Below are positions 1 through 10,472 of a DNA stretch of 64,000 nt, in pieces. The notes under the pieces are model-generated. The model searched no databases and was not told where the DNA came from. It worked only from the letters and a program-made list of their open reading frames with translations. The DNA is from Myxococcota bacterium (GTDB lineage: Bacteria; Myxococcota_A; UBA9160; UBA6930). The translations under genes were made by a program, and so were the position numbers. How positions within the stretch are numbered: the stretch's first letter is position 1; each line of letters starts with the position of its first letter. The stretch spans positions 3,872,001-3,936,000 of the forward strand of contig OZ245015.1 of NCBI GenBank assembly GCA_965223705.1, read 5' to 3'.

Positions 1-2
1 CC

Positions 3-1013
3 GGACTCTCCGGGCGCGCTTCACTGCGCGGCGCCGTCTTGGTTTACCGGCGCGCGGTGCCCTACTTCCTGCTCGCGGTACCGGTGATGTCGTGGATCTT
101 CATCCGCTTCGCGAGCGGGCTCCCGGTCGTCCCGGGGAGCCACGGCATCACGATTCTCTTCGTCAAGTTCGGTGATATCGGCGTTCACCTGGCCGGCGTC
201 GGCGCTTTTCTCGGCGCGGGTCTGTACGAACGGCTCACGACAAAACCGTCTCGCCCGATGGCATGGGTCAATTGGACCCTGTTCGCGCTCGGCACGGCCA
301 TCGTCTTCTCGCTGAGCCGAAGCGGGCTCGTCAGCGTGGCCTTTGCGTTGTTCGTCGTGTTCCTGGCGCGGCCCTGGGGAGCCTTCTGGAGGCTGGTTCC
401 GATCGGATTTGCGGGGCTCGTATTGCTCGTGTCCCTCGGCCATACAGGTTTTTCGTCGCGGTGGGAGCGGTCCATCTCCACGACGCAGATTGTCGACAAC
501 GTCATGAGCATCCTCGATTCGTCGGCGCGAACAGATGGACTCGGTGACAATGTGCGCTGGCGCTTTCGCTGGTGGAACCGCATCGCGAAGGACACCGCGT
601 TCGGTGCCGAACGCTTTACCGGCCGCGGCTACGGGGTCAATCTCGCGAAGGTCGATGGGTTTCTCGGAGACGCGGAAGCCGATCAAAAGCTGCGCAGTCC
701 GCACAGCGCGCACATGAACTTTCTCGCCCGGGGCGGTTTGCCCGGCCTGGGCATCTGGGTCGGCTTCATCGTCGTCTTCGCCGGTCTCCAGATCGGGGCT
801 TATCGACGTGCGCGTGCGGGAGGGAACGAAACGCTGGCCCGGGTGATCTTGTTCTTGCTCGCGTACTGGAGCGCTTTCCTCGTCAATGCGAGTTTCGACG
901 TGTACCTCGAGGGTCCTCAAGGCGGCATTTGGTTCTGGTGTGTCACGGGGATTGCCATGGCGGCCATCGTCGTCGCGCGGCGGGAGACGGCTCCCGCTCC
1001 GTCGCGTGTTTGA
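3..1013 (+). CDS. O-antigen ligase/polymerase (Wzy/WaaL-like) membrane protein, 5' end outside window
   Basis: Multiple TM segments, SLSRSG motif, periplasmic loop R..W, GRGYG and SPHSAHMNFLARGGLPG motifs; frame is open to the window edge. Confidence 0.75.
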   Translation, partial: GLSGRASLRGAVLVYRRAVPYFLLAVPVMSWIFIRFASGLPVVPGSHGITILFVKFGDIGVHLAGVGAFLGAGLYERLTTKPSRPMAWVNWTLFALGTAIVFSLSRSGLVSVAFALFVVFLARPWGAFWRLVPIGFAGLVLLVSLGHTGFSSRWERSISTTQIVDNVMSILDSSARTDGLGDNVRWRFRWWNRIAKDTAFGAERFTGRGYGVNLAKVDGFLGDAEADQKLRSPHSAHMNFLARGGLPGLGIWVGFIVVFAGLQIGAYRRARAGGNETLARVILFLLAYWSAFLVNASFDVYLEGPQGGIWFWCVTGIAMAAIVVARRETAPAPSRV

Positions 1014-2484
1014 GCGCGCCCTGCTTTACACGGCGCTCGCGACGACGCTCGGTTGCGCCGAACCGCCGGAAGCCGCCGCCGTCGCTCACTGCGCGACGCC
1101 CGCCGAGGCGGTTCGCATTGCGCCGGGAACACCGATCCAGGAGACGATCGAACGCCATCCGCCGGGAACGAGCTTCCTGTTGGAAGCGGGCGTCCACGCG
1201 CTCCAGCGGGTGGAACCCCGCGATGGAGACGGCTTCTACGGAGATCGCGACGCGACTTGCGAGCGGCTGACGACACTCCGCGGCGCGCGGCGTCTGGTTC
1301 GCTTCCGACAAGCCGGAGACTACTTCGCCGCCGACTACGACCCCCCCGACGCGGAGAGAAACGGCTTTTGCCTGCCCGGTTTTCCGCGGTGCGACCGTGC
1401 AGAGGAAGCCTTTCTGGACGATCGACGCCTCCACCGCGTCGCGGTCCGCGAGGAGCTCGCCCCCGGCCGATGGTTTCTCGACGAGCAATCGAGGAGTGTC
1501 GTCCTCGCGGATTCGCCGATCGGACGGCGCGTCGAGATCTCCGAAACGCGGTTCGCTTTCGCGTCGCGAGCGCGCGACGTTCGGATCGAGGGGCTCGTCG
1601 TCGAGAAGTACGCGAATCCCGCTCAGATGGGTGCCATCGGCGAGCGGGGCCCTGGCCCGGGATGGCGCGTCGTCGACAACGAAATCCGTCACAACCACGG
1701 TGCGGGCGTGAGTGTGACCGACGGCGGCATCATTCAGAACAACGCCATCCTCCACAACGGACAACTCGGAGCGACAGCGGATGGCTCCGGCGTTGCTGTT
1801 CGGGGCAATGAGATTGCCTTCAACAATACTTCCGGGTTCGACGCTTCTTGGGAAGCGGGCGGCGCTAAATTCGCGGCGACGCGCGAACTGACACTGGAAC
1901 GAAACTGTGTACACCACAATCGGGGCCCCGGGCTCTGGGTGGATGTCGATGCGCGCGGGACGCGATTTCTAAGGAACACGGTCTTCGAAAACGACGGCGA
2001 GGGCATCTTCGTCGAGATCAGCCGCAACGCGGAAATCCGGCAAAATCGGCTCGGCCGCAACGGTCGCGGCGGCCGCTGGCTCTATGGCGCGAACGTATTG
2101 ATCTCGGGATCGCGCAACACGCACACCGCCGGCAATTTCATCGAAGTCGCACCCGACTACGGGCACGGCGTGATGATCATTTGGCAGGAACGCGAAGATG
2201 CCTTCGCGCCCGCGGGCCATCGCGTCGAAGACAACGAAATCGTATTTAGCGGACCCGTTGGCCACCAAGGCTCGGCGACAGATTTCGACGCCGGCACACA
2301 GCGACTCGCGACGAACGTCGCGTTCGCGAACAATCGCTATCGCATGTCGAGGCCGGAGACAGCGCGTTTCGAATGGAACGACCGGTTGCTGCCGCTCTCC
2401 GCGCTGCAGGAGCTCGGACAAGAAGAGGGCAGTCGCGTGTTGCCGCGCAGGGTGCCGGTCGCGTGGAGTTGCCCCGCCGATTAA
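1006..2484 (+). CDS. right-handed parallel beta-helix repeat lipoprotein
   Basis: GTG at 1006 overlaps the upstream stop; lipobox TTLG-C; many N-x-I-x-x-N...G beta-helix repeats; WEAGGAKF. Confidence 0.7.
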   Translation: MFERALLYTALATTLGCAEPPEAAAVAHCATPAEAVRIAPGTPIQETIERHPPGTSFLLEAGVHALQRVEPRDGDGFYGDRDATCERLTTLRGARRLVRFRQAGDYFAADYDPPDAERNGFCLPGFPRCDRAEEAFLDDRRLHRVAVREELAPGRWFLDEQSRSVVLADSPIGRRVEISETRFAFASRARDVRIEGLVVEKYANPAQMGAIGERGPGPGWRVVDNEIRHNHGAGVSVTDGGIIQNNAILHNGQLGATADGSGVAVRGNEIAFNNTSGFDASWEAGGAKFAATRELTLERNCVHHNRGPGLWVDVDARGTRFLRNTVFENDGEGIFVEISRNAEIRQNRLGRNGRGGRWLYGANVLISGSRNTHTAGNFIEVAPDYGHGVMIIWQEREDAFAPAGHRVEDNEIVFSGPVGHQGSATDFDAGTQRLATNVAFANNRYRMSRPETARFEWNDRLLPLSALQELGQEEGSRVLPRRVPVAWSCPAD

Positions 2485-3557
2485 GCTTCGGCTCGGACCG
2501 CCTCAGCGAGCTCGCTGCGAAGCATGCGTGCCGCGGATGTCATCGCTTCTCGGCTGTCCGACAGGGACGTGAGCCTCTCTCCAGGCAAGACCGTGTGGTT
2601 GTTGTTGTACGGGCGGAGCTGCCGGTGTGCGCGGCCTTCCGCGAGCTCGCGCAGCGCGTTTCGCTGGTGATAGCGCGCCCGCATCGCGTCCTCGAAGACG
2701 GGCAGTCGCGAACCCAAGTAGCCCGCGATGATGTCCTTCCGCCGCCAGACGAAAGCGACCGCTGGCTTCGCTGTGTTCTCTACCAAAGCGCGCAGCGGAC
2801 TCGGCGCGGGATCGGGCGGAAGCTTTTCGATCCGACACGGAACCCCTTCGAGTTCGGCGTAGTACCGATGAAGCTCTTCCCAACTCCACGCGGGCTCGGA
2901 CACCAAGGTGTAGCGGCCGGGTCGCTCGTCTCCGCGAGCGGCGGCCGCGACAGCGTCCGCAATCGAATAAGCGAATACCGAGTAAGACGGTGCGTCCGGC
3001 ACATACACCGTCTCACCCGAAGTATCGCGCACTTCCTGTCGGAGTTTTCGCGATACCGCCTGGAGTTCGCCGTGCACGACACCGACGCGCATCACGAAGG
3101 CGGGTCGTCCCGTTGTTTCACAGTTCGCGTCGACAAGTTGTTCTGCGTAGCGCTTCAGCGTCCCGTAGCTGTTTCGCGAGAATCGATAGTGGCGGAGCGG
3201 GCTGCGAAAATCGGGAAATCCAAACGCCGTGATGCTGCTCAGATAGATATAGGGGACGCCGGCGGGCGAAGCGGCGATGGCAGGCGGAATGATCGCGTCC
3301 ATCGCGCGTCGAACTTCGATCGCCGACCCGGTCGGGAGCGTAAAGTCCGCGACCGCATCGCAACCTTCGAACAGACTGGCTGCGTCGGGATCGCTCGCCG
3401 AGCCGTGCCGACACGCAAACCCGAGACGCCGTAGGAATGCCGAGCCCTGGCGGTTTCTGCAGATCGGTACCACGGTGACGTCCGGGCGCTGCCGCAGAAA
3501 GAGCGCCACTTCACAACCGACCTGACCGTTCGCTCCGAGGATGGCGATGCGCTTCAC
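2481..3557 (-). CDS. NAD-dependent epimerase/dehydratase family protein
   Basis: GANGQVG Rossmann motif, YLSS, YGTLK (YxxxK). Confidence 0.8.
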   Translation of the reverse strand: MKRIAILGANGQVGCEVALFLRQRPDVTVVPICRNRQGSAFLRRLGFACRHGSASDPDAASLFEGCDAVADFTLPTGSAIEVRRAMDAIIPPAIAASPAGVPYIYLSSITAFGFPDFRSPLRHYRFSRNSYGTLKRYAEQLVDANCETTGRPAFVMRVGVVHGELQAVSRKLRQEVRDTSGETVYVPDAPSYSVFAYSIADAVAAAARGDERPGRYTLVSEPAWSWEELHRYYAELEGVPCRIEKLPPDPAPSPLRALVENTAKPAVAFVWRRKDIIAGYLGSRLPVFEDAMRARYHQRNALRELAEGRAHRQLRPYNNNHTVLPGERLTSLSDSREAMTSAARMLRSELAEAVRAEA

Positions 3558-4597
3558 GACGCGTCCTCCTCTCCGGCGAGGGCGCCGACCAACGCACTGG
3601 TGAGTTCGGCGGCCGTCGCGGTCGTGTAATTCCCCACCGCGTTCCGCACCCCTTCGAGATAGTCGGACCAGTACGCCGCGAAGGTTTGGAACTTGGTGAC
3701 GGGATGAAAGGGCTCCTCACCGGGCCGGAGCGTGTACACGGCGCCGCCGGCGCGTGGGCGGACCCGGATGTCGTAGGACACGGCGTCACCCACCAACGCA
3801 TAACCCTGCCCGACCAAAGGGTACGAGAGCTCGGCGCGATCGAAGTCGAAGACCACTTCTTCCCGCGTATTCTCGAGAGCCGTCAGCGTAATCTCGCACC
3901 TGACGTCCGATCCGTGCGGCGTATCCAACGACAGCTCGGCGTGGGTGTGAAGGTCGAAACCGTCATCGTCGCGGATCACGTGAAGCTCGCGCACGGCGAA
4001 AGCCCGGGCGCCGGACGCGAATAGCAGTGTATCGATGCCGTGAATGCCGACTTCGGACACGAAGCCACCGCCGCCGCGACTCGCGTCGAAGTAAAAGCGG
4101 CCGTGGGTCACCAAACCGGGTCGTCCAAAACCCACCCGCACGGAACGAAGCGGCCCGAAGAGCCCGTGGTCGAGTAACCGCCGCAGGCCTTGGGTCGGAC
4201 CGAACGCGCGCATCATCAACCCCGAAGCCAACGCGTGTTCGGGAAACCGGGAGCTCGTCCGGCGGTGTTGTGCGAGATCGATCGCGAACGGTTTTTCGAC
4301 GTAGAGCGCCTGCTTGCGCTCCACCAGGGCGTCGTAATACGCGTCGCGCACACCCAAAGGGGTTGCGAGCAACATGACGTCCGCCGTCGGGAGGTTCGAC
4401 AAGTCCGAAGGTAAGACGACATCCCGCACGCGGTAAGCGCGCGCGAGCTCCCGAGCCCGCGTCGCGTCGAGATCGGTCAGCCAGGCGACCGCAACCTCGG
4501 GCATCGCGTGCAAGACCGGCAGGTGCACCGCGCGCACGATGTCCCCGGCGCCGATAATCCCGACTCGAATCGGGCCCACTGCTCCGTCGCTCGTCAT
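3554..4597 (-). CDS. Gfo/Idh/MocA family oxidoreductase
   Basis: IIGAGDI, VEKPF, GIHGID motifs. Confidence 0.85.
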   Translation of the reverse strand: MTSDGAVGPIRVGIIGAGDIVRAVHLPVLHAMPEVAVAWLTDLDATRARELARAYRVRDVVLPSDLSNLPTADVMLLATPLGVRDAYYDALVERKQALYVEKPFAIDLAQHRRTSSRFPEHALASGLMMRAFGPTQGLRRLLDHGLFGPLRSVRVGFGRPGLVTHGRFYFDASRGGGGFVSEVGIHGIDTLLFASGARAFAVRELHVIRDDDGFDLHTHAELSLDTPHGSDVRCEITLTALENTREEVVFDFDRAELSYPLVGQGYALVGDAVSYDIRVRPRAGGAVYTLRPGEEPFHPVTKFQTFAAYWSDYLEGVRNAVGNYTTATAAELTSALVGALAGEEDAS

Positions 4598-4631
4598 TCT
4601 CGCGTCCGCTCCACTTCCGCTGAAACCGCTC

Positions 4632-5846
4632 TCAATCCACTACCGCGGGTCGCACCCGGAAGAACAGCACAGCTACACCCCCGAGCGCCAAGGCCGCGGC
4701 GGAGAGCATCGCGACGACCACACCGGGCAAGCCGAGGGAACTCGCGAGGGGCCACACCGCGGCCAAGAACAGCGCGGCCGCGGCGGCGTAACCGAGAAAG
4801 ATCCGCTGCGGGACCCGATTGACACGCAACCCCACATTGACGGCCTCGGCCAAGGCCCAGCCGACCCCGGTGAGAAGGACCCACGGAAGTAGAGGTGCAT
4901 GGCTCGTGTAGTTGCCGTCGTAGAGAAGGCCGATCACGCGCTCACCGGCCAACGAGACGGGCAGCACGTAAAGTACGGCCGCCGCGGCACACAGGCCGAG
5001 CAGGCCGGCGATCGGCGCGCGTGGAACGCCCTGCGGCTCGCTGCCGTAGCGGGCCGCCAGGTGAGGCGTTGCGAGGCGGAGCAGCGCAATCAAGGCATGG
5101 TTCATGGGCATGGCGAGGTTCCACAGCGCCCGAAGAGCGCCTGCCGCCTCGCCACCCCGGAAAGCGGCCGCGACGGAAAAGCACAGACTCTGCGGGAGCC
5201 ACATGACGAGGGCGACGCCGAACTCGTAACGACCGAGCGCAAAGCTCCGCGTCAGGACATCTCGCCACACGACCTCCCCCGTGGTACCGCGAAAATCCGG
5301 CCGTAAGCGCCACAACAGAAACGCGGTGAGCGTCGCGGCGCCAGCGGCCATTGAAACGAAGCCCGTCCAAGTCGATGCGTGGCCGACGGCGCGCAGCCCG
5401 AACAAGGTGCCTAATTGCGCTGTGGCGTATAGGGCCGCGCCGAGAGCCGCCTCGCCGGATCGCAGATTGAGGTACAGAGCTCCTCGCGCGAACCAGAAGA
5501 GGACGACGGGCGGCAGGGCCAGAGCCAGGCCGAACGCCGCTTCGGACGCCGTAGCGCTCCGGGCTTGCAGGCCCCATGCGACGAGCGCACACACCGCCGC
5601 GAGCGGGACCACCGTAAGCGCGTGCATTCGGAACAAGGTCGCGACGTACGCCCGTAGCCGCTCGCGGTAGACGCTCGGCCCGAGCACGAGCGACGGGATA
5701 AGAAGAAGGGCCTGGTAGACATTCGCGACGAGCATCAACACGGTGAACGCGATCGCGAACGCTCCGTACTCCGCGGCGGGAAGCCAACGAGCCAGGGCGG
5801 CGCTCAGCACGAAGTTCGACCCCGCGATAAGCCCTTGATCGAGCAC
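4632..5846 (-). CDS. polysaccharide flippase (Wzx-like) membrane protein
   Basis: DQGL..GSNF...LAR.L...EYGAF N-terminus, many TM segments, polysaccharide-cluster context; start uncertain. Confidence 0.7.
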   Translation of the reverse strand: MLDQGLIAGSNFVLSAALARWLPAAEYGAFAIAFTVLMLVANVYQALLLIPSLVLGPSVYRERLRAYVATLFRMHALTVVPLAAVCALVAWGLQARSATASEAAFGLALALPPVVLFWFARGALYLNLRSGEAALGAALYATAQLGTLFGLRAVGHASTWTGFVSMAAGAATLTAFLLWRLRPDFRGTTGEVVWRDVLTRSFALGRYEFGVALVMWLPQSLCFSVAAAFRGGEAAGALRALWNLAMPMNHALIALLRLATPHLAARYGSEPQGVPRAPIAGLLGLCAAAAVLYVLPVSLAGERVIGLLYDGNYTSHAPLLPWVLLTGVGWALAEAVNVGLRVNRVPQRIFLGYAAAAALFLAAVWPLASSLGLPGVVVAMLSAAALALGGVAVLFFRVRPAVVD

Positions 5847-5986
5847 TGCGAGGGACCCTTTGCGTGCCCAAAATCCGATGGCCGCCGACGAGATCTGGAT
5901 TTTCGACGCGATGGGGACCTCGGTGAAACGAAGGCGCCAGCTCGTGGGCCAGAGCCGGCGACTCCCGTACGTTTACGGGCTCGTCC

Positions 5987-7153
5987 GTGAGGCTTGTGGC
6001 CCGGAGGGAACTGATCGTGACACAAGAGCCGCCGTCGAGCGCCCCCGCGCTTCGCGTCCTGCATCTGGTCGGGGGGCGCTCGGATACCGGCGGCGTCCTG
6101 TCCGTCCTCCGAAGCCTGCAGTCCGCCCGAAGCCGTCCTGCCCTCGCCCATGTCGTGTGGGTGGACCGCGGTTTCCGCGAGACCCGGGAGCCGTCCCTCG
6201 ATTACCGCTACGCCCGCTACGGAATCCCTGAAACCGACTCCCATTGGCGACTCGCTCTCCGGGCGATCCCCGCTGTGCTCTGCTTGCTCTTCCTCCTGCG
6301 GCGGGAGTCCTTCGACGTCCTGCACGCCCATTCGAGGGGCACCCTGATCGTCGCCTGGCTCGCCTCGCTCTGGGCCCGCCGGGACGTGGTCTTCACGAAT
6401 CACAACTACGCGAAACGCCGCGGGCTCTACCGCTGGTTCGCGCGACGAAAGCGCATCTATTCCGTGGTCCTCACGCCGAACATGGCGCGCTACTACGGCA
6501 TCGACCCCCGCTCACGTCGGGTCTCCGTGATCTCAGCGTGTTTCGACGACGCGTTCCTCGACCTCGAACTGGTGGAGCCCCGAGCGGGCCCGCCGAAACT
6601 CGTCGGCGTAGGCAGCCTGACGGGCTGGAAGCGCTGGGACCTACTCGTCGAGGCCATCGCAGACCTCGGACCGACGTCTTCCCTCGAGTTGCACGTCTAC
6701 GGCCCGGTGTTGCCGTTCGCTGAATCGGAGCGCTTTGCGGCGGATCTCGAGCGACGCGTGGACGAACTCGGTCTCGCCGAACGGGTGTTCCTACACGGAG
6801 CGGTCGACGACGTTCCGCGGCGGCTTCGCGAAGCCCACTGGTTTGTGCTGCCTTCGCGCAACGAACCCTGTTCCGTCGCGCTGATGGAAGCACTCGCCTT
6901 GGGCCTACCCGCGCTGGTCGCCGACAGCGGGGGAAGCCCCGATCTCGTCGGCCCGCGAAGTGGCGTCGCTTTCAAGACCGACGATCGAGCCCATCTGCGG
7001 CAGGTCCTGGAAGAGATCGTCAGCGGTCGCGTCTCCCGTGGTACGCCCGCTTCCATTCGGGAGTCCGTCGTAGAACGCTCCGCGAGTCGAGTCGCCGAAG
7101 CGTATGAAGCGCTCTACCGGAAAATTGTGGCCGACCGAGTTGCCGGCTCGTGA
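5987..7153 (+). CDS. glycosyltransferase family 4
   Basis: DVLHAH, KRWDLL, PSRNEPCSVALMEALALG (E-x7-E); start approximate. Confidence 0.85.
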   Translation: MRLVARRELIVTQEPPSSAPALRVLHLVGGRSDTGGVLSVLRSLQSARSRPALAHVVWVDRGFRETREPSLDYRYARYGIPETDSHWRLALRAIPAVLCLLFLLRRESFDVLHAHSRGTLIVAWLASLWARRDVVFTNHNYAKRRGLYRWFARRKRIYSVVLTPNMARYYGIDPRSRRVSVISACFDDAFLDLELVEPRAGPPKLVGVGSLTGWKRWDLLVEAIADLGPTSSLELHVYGPVLPFAESERFAADLERRVDELGLAERVFLHGAVDDVPRRLREAHWFVLPSRNEPCSVALMEALALGLPALVADSGGSPDLVGPRSGVAFKTDDRAHLRQVLEEIVSGRVSRGTPASIRESVVERSASRVAEAYEALYRKIVADRVAGS

Positions 7154-7272
7154 TTGCGGTCACCGATCGACCGCGGCGCTCCGCGAACGACTCAAGTTCT
7201 CCCCGAAAGCGAACGAAACGAGAAATGTCGCGCGGGTGCCGTCCGGCGCCTTGCGAACCCGGTGGAGGTCCT

Positions 7273-7359
7273 GTGACGCGAGCGCTCAAACATCACGGTC
7301 TGTGGCTGACCCTGGGCTACGTCGCCGTGTTGTTGCTGATGGCGCGCGCCTACGCCTAA
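7273..7359 (+). CDS. putative 28-aa single-TM small protein
   Basis: GGAGGT Shine-Dalgarno at 7264-7269 before GTG; MTRALKHHGLWLTLGYVAVLLLMARAYA fills the gap up to the ndk stop. Confidence 0.4.
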   Translation: MTRALKHHGLWLTLGYVAVLLLMARAYA

Positions 7360-7363
7360 CGCC

Positions 7364-7807
7364 CTAGGGCAAGGCCTCGACTTCGGCGCAGATTTCTCGG
7401 GCGTTGAAGAAGTAACCGATTTCGATTCGAGCCGTCTCCGGAGCATCGGAGCCGTGCGATGCATTGCGTTCGATATCGGTGCCGAGATCTCCGCGAATCG
7501 TGCCCTTCGGCGCCTCCGAGGAATTCGTCGGCCCCATCAAGTCACGCCAGCGCGCGATGGCGTTCTCTCCCTCGAGGACGCTCACGACCACTGGCCCTTC
7601 CGTCATGAAGCGAACGAGGTCGGCGAAAAAAGGGCGCTCCTTGTGAACCGCGTAGAAGCCCTGGGCGTCGTCTGGCGTCATGTGAATCATCTTGAGCGCC
7701 ACGATGCGAAGCCCTGACGCTTCGATGCGACGGAGGATTTCACCGGTGTGACCGGCTGCGACGGCATCGGGTTTAACGATCGAGAGTGTGCGTTCCTGCT
7801 TCGCCAT
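7364..7807 (-). CDS. ndk: nucleoside diphosphate kinase
   Basis: [25 protein letters not shown] active-site motif; GGGAG SD before the ATG. Confidence 0.97.
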   Translation of the reverse strand: MAKQERTLSIVKPDAVAAGHTGEILRRIEASGLRIVALKMIHMTPDDAQGFYAVHKERPFFADLVRFMTEGPVVVSVLEGENAIARWRDLMGPTNSSEAPKGTIRGDLGTDIERNASHGSDAPETARIEIGYFFNAREICAEVEALP

Positions 7808-7870
7808 GACCACGGCTCCCAACAACTGCGTTTCGGGCGCCGAAACCTAGCCGAGTCGAGAAGTCCGGCG

Positions 7871-8857
7871 CTAGTTCGCTTCCATGGACAAGACGATTTT
7901 TCCGATGTGCTCGCTCGATTTCATGAGGCGGTGCGCTTCAGCCGCGTGCGCCAGGGGAAAAACGCGAAATACCTCGGGGCGGAGCGCGCCCGAAGCGATG
8001 TCGGCGCCGAAGCGATCGAGGAAAGCCTTGACGAGGGAGCGCTTCTCCGCGAGCGGACGGCTCCGGAGCGTCGAACCGAGGACCGAGATACGCCGATAGA
8101 GGAGCGGTCCGAGGTCGACCTCGGCCTTCGGCCCACCCATCAACCCGATGAGGACCAGTTTCCCGCCGAGACCGAGGGACGCGACGTTTCGGTCAAAGTA
8201 GGGGCCGCCGATCGAATCGAGCACGACATCGACCCCTTGGCCCCCGGTCCATTCGCGGACGGAAATCTCGAACTCCTCGTCGCGGTAGGGAATGGCCAAG
8301 TCGGCGCCGAGTTCGAGGCAGCGAGCGCACTTTTCGGCGCTCCCAGCGGTCACCGCGATCGAGACGCCGACACGTTTCGCCAAGGCGATCGCCGCAGTCC
8401 CGATCCCGCTCGTCCCGCCGTGTACCAGGCAGCGGCCGCCGGGTTGCAACCCGCCGAGCTGGAACAGGTTGAGAAACACCGTGAGGAAGACCTCGGGCAG
8501 CGCGGCGGCCTCGGTATCGCTCATGGCGTCGGGGACCGGGAGCGCGCAGCCGGAATCGACACACACCTCGGCCGCGTACCCGCCGCCCGCGAGAAGCGCC
8601 ATCACCCGGTCGCCGGGCGCAAAGGAATCGACGTTCGCGCCGACTTCGACGACGCGTCCCGCGCACTCGAGACCGAGGATCGACGGTGCTCCCGGCGGCG
8701 GTGGGTAGAAACCCTGCCGCTGCAACAGATCGGCCCGGTTTACACCGGCCGCGGCGACGGCGATGCGCAGTTCGGCGTCTCCTAAAGGCGGCGACGGCAC
8801 GTCTCGCAGCTCGAGCACGTCTTCCGCGCCCGGTTCTCGCATGTCGATGGCTCGCAC
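7871..8857 (-). CDS. NAD(P)H quinone oxidoreductase, PIG3 family
   Basis: GVNRADLLQRQGFYPPPPGA, GGYA, VHGGTSGIG, GSTLRSR. Confidence 0.92.
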   Translation of the reverse strand: MRAIDMREPGAEDVLELRDVPSPPLGDAELRIAVAAAGVNRADLLQRQGFYPPPPGAPSILGLECAGRVVEVGANVDSFAPGDRVMALLAGGGYAAEVCVDSGCALPVPDAMSDTEAAALPEVFLTVFLNLFQLGGLQPGGRCLVHGGTSGIGTAAIALAKRVGVSIAVTAGSAEKCARCLELGADLAIPYRDEEFEISVREWTGGQGVDVVLDSIGGPYFDRNVASLGLGGKLVLIGLMGGPKAEVDLGPLLYRRISVLGSTLRSRPLAEKRSLVKAFLDRFGADIASGALRPEVFRVFPLAHAAEAHRLMKSSEHIGKIVLSMEAN

Positions 8858-8914
8858 GAAGGGTGGCTACCACAAGTGAAACGCCAACGCGAAGTACCGC
8901 GCTAGCCTGGCAAC

Positions 8915-9333
8915 GGAGGTGGACAGGGGATCGCCGGCGAGAATGATTCTCGCGGGAGGAAAGTCCGGGCTCCATGGGTCAGGGAGGTCGCTAACGGCGA
9001 CCCGGGGCGACCCGAGGGAAAGTGCCGCAGAAACCACACCGCCGATGGCCGGTGAAACCGCTGGTGCGAGAGGCACCGGCGGCGGAGGCACAGGTAAGGT
9101 TGAAATCGTGGGGTAAGAGCCCACGCGCGACAGCCGGGTGACCGGCGGCGGGGCAAACCCCTCCCGGAGCAAGCTCGAATAGGGACTGTCTTTCGGTCGA
9201 CTCAGCCGAGCGGGCGCGAGCCTCGACGGTCCGGGTGAGAGCGCTTGAGCGGCGCAGCAATGCGTCGCCTAGATGAATGATCCCCGCCCGCGCCGCGAGG
9301 CGATGGGAACAGAACCCGGCTTACCGTCCACCC
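8915..9333 (+). ncRNA. rnpB: RNase P RNA, type A
   Basis: Conserved GAGGAAAGTCCGGGCTC, GGAAAGTGCC.CAGAAA, GGTAAGAGC, GGCAAACCC...GGAGCAAG and ACAGAACCCGGCTTA; terminal P1 GGTGGAC/GTCCACC. Confidence 0.97.
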
Positions 9334-9398
9334 GGCGCGTGGCGTCGGCGTCGGGGCATAAGTGCGAGCAATCGCGCGAAAAGCCCCGGCGCTCCCCG

Positions 9399-10472
9399 CT
9401 ATTCCAACCTCGGTGTGAGATCGAGCCAGTAACAGCTGAGCTTTGCGCGGCGGGCGGGGTCGTAGGGCGGACCGTCCGGCGGCTCCCATTTGCTCGCCGG
9501 GATGTGCGCAGCGTCGGTGAGGCGAAAGCCCTGACGACGGAAGAAGCCACCGACCGCGTCGGAGGTCGTGCAGGCGAACAAGCCGGCGAGTCCCCGGCCG
9601 CGCGCTTCCTCCGCGGCGTATGCGACGAGATGCGAGCCGATGCCGGCCCCACCTTGGAAGCGCGTCAATGTGTACAGACCCGCGATTTCCGCGGCTCTCC
9701 CGTCCCCTCGGTCGATGAGGGAGCCGATGCCGGCCAGGTGATGAGCGCCGACGAAGGCGCCGAAGCCCTGGACCAGGAGTTGATCGCGGGCTCGCGTGTC
9801 TCGGGCGACGAGGAAGCCCTCGGCAACGCCCCGTTCGAGTAAATCCGACGCGGCGTCGTAGTCATCGACGCCGAGGGGGCGCACCGTGACGTAGCGCTCG
9901 CGCGTAAAGAGCGTGCCGGAGCCGGCGTAGGTAAAGAGTTCGTCGTCGAGTCCCTCCGCAGTGCAGACATTGACCGCCGGAATGCCCTTCGCGAGCCCTT
10001 CGGAGATGGCCTGCCACAGCGGTCGTCGCTCGTCCGCCGCCAGCGGGCCGTTCTTCGCCAGCCCCCGCTCGAGCTCTTCGCCGTCGACAAAAGAGGCCGG
10101 CCGACCGTCGCGCCGCAGGCCCCCTTCGCGATCGAGCCAAACCCACTTCCAAACCCCCAACCGGCAGGCCAGTCGGGCCGCGAGCCGGGCGTGCTCCCCG
10201 GGCCCGACCGAGAGTTCGATCTCTGCCCGTCCGCGTGCGGTCAGCTCGCGCCAGACCGCCGCCTCGAGCGCCGGTTGGTCGGCGGAGAGCCCCGCCCGCT
10301 CCAGGCGCAGGACAACGGCTCGCGCCCCTCCCTCGCGCAGCGCTGCGATGGCTCCAGTCGTCTTCTCCTCCCAATCGGGAGCCTCCCCCGCGAAAGCGAT
10401 CGTCCGCCCTCGAAACTCCTGGAGGTAGAACGCACGTTCGGAGAACGCTTGGCGGGGCCCCTGGCTCGACAT
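9399..10472 (-). CDS. amino-acid N-acetyltransferase (ArgA-like: short kinase-like domain plus GNAT)
   Basis: FYLQEFRGRT, ELFTYAGSGTLF linker, GNAT QGGAGIG and FFRRQGF; start may be 10490. Confidence 0.65.
   Translation of the reverse strand: MSSQGPRQAFSERAFYLQEFRGRTIAFAGEAPDWEEKTTGAIAALREGGARAVVLRLERAGLSADQPALEAAVWRELTARGRAEIELSVGPGEHARLAARLACRLGVWKWVWLDREGGLRRDGRPASFVDGEELERGLAKNGPLAADERRPLWQAISEGLAKGIPAVNVCTAEGLDDELFTYAGSGTLFTRERYVTVRPLGVDDYDAASDLLERGVAEGFLVARDTRARDQLLVQGFGAFVGAHHLAGIGSLIDRGDGRAAEIAGLYTLTRFQGGAGIGSHLVAYAAEEARGRGLAGLFACTTSDAVGGFFRRQGFRLTDAAHIPASKWEPPDGPPYDPARRAKLSCYWLDLTPRLE

Noticed and set aside
8867..9260. Short ORFs over this interval
   Set aside because: Explained by the RNase P RNA gene
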